In this document: piece by piece, positions 12,859-64,000 of the stretch | Layout of the letters: every line of letters begins with the position of its first letter | How positions within the stretch are numbered: the stretch's first letter is position 1 | DNA from: Octopus sinensis | Taxonomy: Eukaryota | NCBI RefSeq assembly: GCF_006345805.1 | Contig: NC_042998.1 | Location: forward strand, 86,800,001-86,864,000 | Direction of reading: 5' to 3' | Length of the DNA stretch: 64,000 bases | The notes under the pieces: generated by a model | Seen by the model: only the letters and a program-made list of their open reading frames with translations | Database searches by the model: none | Told to the model about the DNA's origin: nothing | Position numbers and translations under genes: made by a program

Positions 12859-13116
12859 CATTAATGATGAGGAGGATTGATCTTATAGATTGTGTGTATA
12901 TTTATTATATATATTTGTAATGGACTATTAAGTCCAATAATTGTCGTTTTTGATGGAAAAAGAAGAACAATGTTTTAGAGAAGTAGAAAATCGACGGGCA
13001 TTTTCTGCCTTCTCTCGTCAATATCATCCTTGTTTCATCATTCACCTCATCAATGTATATGTCCAGCCTGCAAGCTACTCTTTGTAATGCCTTTATGGCA
13101 AATCTTAATGAAATAA

Positions 13117-13499
13117 GTAGCTTGCTTACCAACCACATGGTTCTGGGTTCAGTCTCACTGCATGGCACCTTGGGCAAGTGTCTTCTACTACAGCCTCGGG
13201 CCGACCAAAGCCTTGTGAGTGAATTTGGTAGACAGCAACTGAAAGAAGCCAGTCATATATATATGTATATGTGTATATACATATATGTGTGTGTTTGTTG
13301 TCTGTGTTTGCCCCCACCCCCCAACATCGCTTGACAACCGATGCTGGTGTGTTTACGTCCCTGTAGTCTACCAGTTCGGCAAAAGAGACTGATAGAATAA
13401 GTACTAGGCTTACAAAGAATAAGTCCTGCTCGACTAAAGGCAGTGCTCCAGCATGGCCGCAGTCAAATGACTGAAACAAATAAAAGAGTAAAAGAGTAA
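13117..13499 (+). mobile_element. tRNA/CORE-type SINE
   Basis: gtagcttgcttaccaaccacatggttctgggttcagtc..ggcaccttgggcaagtgtc..ccagcatggccgcagtcaaatgactgaaac-(aaagagt) tail. Partial copies at about 15137-15313, 29000-29140(-), 51392-51700 and 57893-58045(-). Confidence 0.85.
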
Positions 13500-14384
13500 C
13501 TGCTTTGTCTATGTATAATAGATCATGAGTTCCTCTAGCCTTCAATCTTTCTGTTTCTCTGGTAGCAAATTTTGGCTGACAAGGTGCTTATAAATGCTTT
13601 CTGAGAGCTTTCCTCTTAAAAGCTGGCATATTATGGTAAGCAAATGATTGGTCTATTACTACTAGCTTACATTGCTCTTGCTTTTGTCTTTCATAAGAAT
13701 TGTTCTTCTAGTCATTCAATCTAATATTACTCCTTCATTCAGGCAATCTTGAAGTTATTCCCTCAGAGTCCCATGTAAGCAACCAAATTTCTATAACCAG
13801 TAGCCTTGGACTAAATTCGGTCCCAGGCCCTTCCAATTCAGCATTTTCCCTAATGCTTTACTTATTAATTCTCTGGTTAGTTTTATCTCTGGCTGATTCT
13901 CACTAATGACTTCTTCCTTTACTTTCTTTAACCATGCTTCATTTCCATTATGATTGATTGGCTTATCTCAAATATTACTTCAGAATTTCCAGCTTCTGCA
14001 TCCGGTTTCTCAGTACTTTCTTCTCTGCTATTTATTTGCTGATAAAATTTCCTCTGGTCTGTCTCAAACAATTTTTTCTGTTAATACTGATCTATTCTTT
14101 TATACAATCTGGAAAACATCCTTGCTACACTGTTTCAACTCTGTTGCATCTCTTCCATGTTAATCCATTTCTTGATGGCATTTCCATGAGGAAATAGACA
14201 TAAAACCTAGTTTAGTGCAGCTCAAAAAGAAAAAAGTGATATTAAGGACAACTAGGATACTTAGGAAGGTTCTTGGAATCTAAGGTTTCTTGTTGTAGCC
14301 TGTTAGACATTTTTCATTTCCACTGGTTTAATCTGTTGCTCATATGTAAAATAATTATAATAATCATAAACAACAACAATAATA

Positions 14385-15566
14385 ATAAGAGGATCACTGC
14401 AAAAAGTCTGAAGATCAGAAGATTTGTGAACAGAAATAAGCACTTCAAGAAGAACAGATTATTCAAAAATAACCCAAAGCAATTCTTCCGAATGGTAGGA
14501 GACAATGGGAAAAATGTTGCTCCTCATGCAAATCAAGCCAAAGAGTTCTGGAGTAGATTATGGGGAAACAATGTAGTGCATAGAAGGGATGTAATGCGGA
14601 TAGGAACTATCACAACAAAATTACAAGGAGGAAAGAAACAAAGGAATATTATCATAAGCACGGGTGAAAGAACAAGTGGGTAAAGTGCCTAACTGGAAAG
14701 ACCCTGGACCAGATGGGATTCATGGCTTTTGGCTGAAGAGATGCCACACAGTACAAGAGATGTCACACAGCCCAATTGAATGAGTGTGTCCAGAAAGATA
14801 CACTCCCCACGTGGATGGAGACTGGGCGAACAACATTTATAATGAAAAATAGAAGAAAGGGGAATAGGGTGGGGAATCTACTGTCCTATAGCATGCCTAA
14901 GCATAATCTGGAAGATACTCACTGGAATATGTGCAGCAAAGACATATACTTTCCTGGCACAGGAAGAAATACTACCAAGGGCAAAAAAAGGATGTAGGAA
15001 GAGTTCTCAGGGTACCAAGGATCACCTGGTCATCAATAAAACAGTTTAGAGTCATTCTAAAAAAATCATACAAACATGTCTATGGCTTGAATTGACTTTA
15101 AGAAGGCATATGATATGATGACTCATTCTTGGATATTTGTGTGTCTGTGTTTGCCCCCCCCCCCAACATTGCTTGACAACCGATGCTGGTCTGTTTATGT
15201 CCCCGTAACTTAGCAGTTTGATAAAAGAGACCAATAGAATAAGTACTTGACTAAAGGCGGTGCTCCAACATGGCCACAGTCAAGTGGCTGAAATAAGTAA
15301 AAGAGTAAAAGAGTACCTGCAGATGTTTGGTATTGGTGACATCACAAACTTTCTGATGCATAGCATGGATGAATGGAAAACCAAATTGTATTCAAACAAT
15401 GTTTTCCTTGGAGAAGTTGATATTAAAAGGGGTATCTTCCAAGGTGACTCGTTTTCACTTTTGCTATTTGCAATATCACTAATATCCATAACAATGACAC
15501 ACAGGAAAGTTGAGATGGGTTACTGATGTGAGAAGAAAGGCCCATCATTGAACCATCTTCTATATT
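14385..15566 (+). mobile_element. Decayed R4/Dong-type non-LTR retrotransposon, RT region (SINE inserted at 15137-15313)
   Basis: NRLFKNNPKQFFR, NWKDPGPDGIHGFWLK, IDFKKAYD, IKRGIFQGDSFS, LNHLLY. Confidence 0.85.
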
Positions 15567-16217
15567 TGTGTTGTGCCAATTTTGAGAATTCACAAACAAT
15601 GTGCCATACCATTTCACCCCTCTCACCACACTTTCTGCATTTGTTGTTCTCAGTTGTGTTGCCAATTCTGCACATTGCATAGTTTATCTTTAATGCTTGT
15701 TCTTGGGCATCTCTCTCTATCTTCAGGTCACTCTTCTGCATCCATAACCATCAGTCTTCAATATCTGTCTTGGCGTTTGTATCTCTTGCAAACTGACCAT
15801 ATATTTTTTCTCTTCCATGCTGTTTCTTTTTTTTTTGTGTTCTTTTCCTCTTTAAATTTTTCTTTCTTTACACAATTATCTGTTTTAATGATGCTGGCTT
15901 TCTTCACATATTTCAACAATAGTTCCACAGTATTTTTTACATACCACCCTAAAATGTATTTTATTCTATCTGGTTTATTTTGAGCCCAACACGAATCTCG
16001 TTCTTTGGAAATATTCCATCTTCAGTTATTCTTTCATTTCCTTCTCCATTATCTCATTGAACTCTGGTATGCCAAGGTATCTGTAGCCTTCATTTTCAAT
16101 TCGTTTAATCTGGTCTCCATTAGGTAATTCTATCCCTGCTAGGGACTGTACCTTGCCACTTTTCAAGTACATTGTACCATACTTCTTGAGCCCAAACTCC
16201 ATTCTAAGGTACATCAT
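15553..16217 (-). mobile_element. Inverted 3' part of an R4/Dong-type element
   Basis: MEFGLKK..GYRYLGI (16026-16217); KCRKCGERGEMVWHIVCEFSKLAQHKYRR zinc knuckle (15520-15741). Confidence 0.8.
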
Positions 16218-16564
16218 ATCATATTTCTGGTGTCCGTGCTCATAACTCTAAGAAAAATTCATTTTATAGTTTCAGTTTCTTGATGTTTTCTAATAAAGTT
16301 AAAAGTGAGTGATGGAAAAGTGAGTTGGTAAAGAAAGGGCTGATCAGTTGAGCAGGCTTGATCTTCTGTTGGATTTATAAAGGTCAAGAAGGTAGAAAGG
16401 TGTTTTAAGGAAGGTAAAATCAGTTCTGTTTTCTTTGTGGTATGTTATTTGTATGTGTGACTGTGTTCCATCTCTTGTGGAACTTTGCCACCATCCCTAT
16501 CCTGCCTTTTTTTTTTCTCTCTCTCTCTCTCTCTCTCATTCTCCTCTCTCTCTCTCTTTCTCTC

Positions 16565-16740
16565 CAGCTGGTAATTAACAAGTTGACAGAGACGGGCATC
16601 AAAGCTGTTCCTAACCCTCCTTACAGTCTAGACCTTTCTTCCTGTGAGTTTTGGTTGTTCCCAAGTTGAAGGAGAACATCAGGGACGACAGTCGTTTGAA
16701 AGATGAAGGGTGCTTTGGCAAGGGGAAGGAATATTTCCTG
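16565..16740 (+). mobile_element. Mariner transposase C-terminal fragment
   Basis: GIKAVPNPPYSLDLSSCEFWLFP.LKENIR. Confidence 0.7.
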
Positions 16741-17034
16741 TCATGGAGCTCAGATATTTTGAGGAAGTCTAGAAATAGTCTTTTCTGGAAAATATTGCTC
16801 AAAGGCAACAGAGTTAATAACATTTTGATGGATATTTCTAATAAAGAATAACAGGAAAGAACTTATTTCAATTTGACTAAATACTGTAATATATATAATG
16901 TCGCTGCTGAATTTCTTGACATTTTGAAATATTACAAAAAAAAAGAATGAAATAAAATTCAAATGAAAAATACATGAAATGATATTTTGTCTCTTTTTTT
17001 TTAATCTTGTTTCAGTAACAAAATATTGAGCAAG

Positions 17035-61965
<44,931 letters not shown>

Positions 61966-62449
61966 GTATAATTTCCATGATTTATTCTCTAAATCTTGAA
62001 ATAAAACAAAATGCAATACTGTGCTTGATTCATTCAAAGAATTTAGTATATATGTACATATATACTAAATGTATCATATAAGTAAGGATGCCAGTGGAAC
62101 CTGCTTTAGATACCAGGGCAAACAATGTAACAGAATATGGAGAATTTATGATAAAGGAAACAGAACGAAGACGTTGTGCAAGACAGATACATTTCAAGGG
62201 ATGATGTTTGTAGAGACTATACTATGTAGGGAGTTAGTCATGAGGGTTAGGAAGGCTCTGAGGAACACCAAACTTAATTTTGAGCTTGTTGAGAAATCAG
62301 GTCCTTTGACAAGACCACTTGCTGCAGCATGACCTGCGTGGTATTTATCTTTAGCCCCAGTATTAACTGTAAGACCAAAGAATGTGGTTTGCATCATAAA
62401 GTGCATGGAGGGGGATTGTAAGAACTGGAATACAACATACATCTGGGAG

Positions 62450-63960
62450 ACTTCTAGGAATTTACAAGAAGCTATCAGACATTAACACAGGTTCTTGTCA
62501 TCCAGCCATCATTTTCAAGAAACTGGTAAAGGACATCAGCAGAAGAATATCTAGTCTATCTTCAAAGAAAGAGATTTTTTATGCTGCCACCCGATACTAC
62601 AGTGAAGTTCTGGCTGCCAGTGGTTTCAAGGATAGGATTAGTTACATGCCAGAACTTAGTCCCACCAAGAGAAAGCGCCAGTGGAAAGTGTTGTGGCTCA
62701 AATAATCCTTCTCTTTAAAGGTTAAAACCTGAGTAGGTAAGATTTTTCTTGGCTTAGTTGATAAAGACTTCCCCCATACAAGTAGATTCAGCAAAATATT
62801 CAATAGGCATACCCTAAGAATTTTCTCTAGCTGTGCACCTAGTGTAAAAACGATTTTTTAGGCCCACACCCAAGACAGGCAGGATGCTCAAAGAGGTATA
62901 ACACAACATGGCCACTGCATGGCTGCTGCAACACGGAGACTGTCATATATGAGGCAGAAGTAACAGTCAAAGGACCTAATGAGCAACCAGACATTTGAAA
63001 ATATGTAGGAGCAACCAAAGGCCCCTTCAGAACCCTCTTTTGCAATCATAAGTCCTCTTTCAACATCCCGGAGACATACCATCCCAACCCTGGCCAAGCA
63101 CATTTGGTGTTTGAAAGAAAATGCCTCCAAATATAGTATAGATCTAAGAGAAATGTAAACCATACTTTAATAGCAGCAAGAAGTGCAGTTTATGTCTGGC
63201 TGAGAAAAGAGGGATTTTAAAGAGCACCCAACACCCAGGCTTTTCCCTGAATAACAGAAACGAAGTGTCTAATCCTTGCCCACATGAAAGGAAGTACATC
63301 CTATCATATCTGTCTGTCCCATTATGCTTACTGTCATCAGTCCCCCAGCCTCGACTTTCCACCAATACTCTAACTAAGAATTTGACCAGAACATTCACAA
63401 ATTCACCCACATACAAACACACACACTCCAACATGGCAAACACCTAACAAACAGACCATTTCCCACCAACTCCAATATAAGCCTCACCATCAATTGTACC
63501 CCTACATACACTGCATGCACACATAAGCCCCCACGACCTTAACCAGTACAGAAAGAAAATGCACTGGCAAACACAGTAATGGATGCCTAGACCCCCTACA
63601 AAAGTTATACATACTATACCACTACACATATGCCACTCCCACAAGAACACCAACCTGAAAGACGAACACAATTTCCACAGACACTTCATTATGGCTCTTT
63701 CTGACTTACAGCATAACCAGCCATGTGATGATGTCTCAGTACCAATGGACTATACTTTTAACTAAATCCCCTACTTGGTTTGTTTCATAGTCTTTTCACA
63801 GCAACCACAAACCAAATGTGTCCTTTCACCTCCAACAATAGAGAGCATTCACCATATTTCATCCTATAGTGGCTACCTCTGATGAGCATAGGGTTTTATA
63901 ATTGGATTGTTACCTAACATTCAATTGTACCTTTAGCTGATTGGCAAGATTGGCTATGGT
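62450..63960 (+). mobile_element. Decayed Penelope-like element (RT thumb, GIY-YIG, 3' UTR)
   Basis: SCHP (about 62490), CCNTETVIYEAEV, YVGATKGPF..NHKSSF, LAKHIW.LK, KCSLCLAEK, LNNRNEVSNPCPHERKY. Confidence 0.85.
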
Positions 63961-64000
63961 GGTTATATAATATTGTACACTTCAGATATTTTATATGTTT

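Noticed and set aside
12985-13055. HHR-like words on the minus strand (TGACGA..GAAA..GTC; TTGATGA..GAAAC)
   Set aside because: C3 is missing and stems I and II do not pair convincingly.
63875-63960. CTGATGAG in the PLE 3' UTR
   Set aside because: No downstream GAAA/UH with pairing stems inside the window.

Overview
AT-rich, microsatellite-dense animal genomic DNA; the repeat content suggests a coleoid cephalopod, probably Octopus (inference). No prokaryotic features. (1) The + strand carries the 5' part of an intron-rich cadherin-superfamily gene. I assembled 10 phase-compatible coding exons (17035-61965; 826 nt, about 275 aa: signal peptide, EC1, EC2, start of EC3), including a 12-nt micro-exon. 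The ORF track shows only fragments of it. (2) Introns and upstream DNA are packed with transposons: two full-length decayed mariners, many RTE LINE pieces, an R4/Dong cluster in (TAA)n with a non-autonomous partner, tRNA/CORE-type SINEs, Helitrons, a solo LTR and Penelope-like (GIY-YIG) remnants. (3) The most unusual signal is a set of unrelated minimal type I hammerhead ribozyme (HHR) motifs, nearly all next to (TA)n tracts. One is a perfect HHR inside a highly structured 352-nt unit with 21-nt terminal redundancy (20796-21168), the footprint expected of a retrotransposed circular RNA (non-LTR retrozyme). Another is a near-perfect palindrome carrying an HHR on each strand (32126-32261). All calls are by eye; repeat boundaries are approximate unless TIRs or TSDs are quoted.
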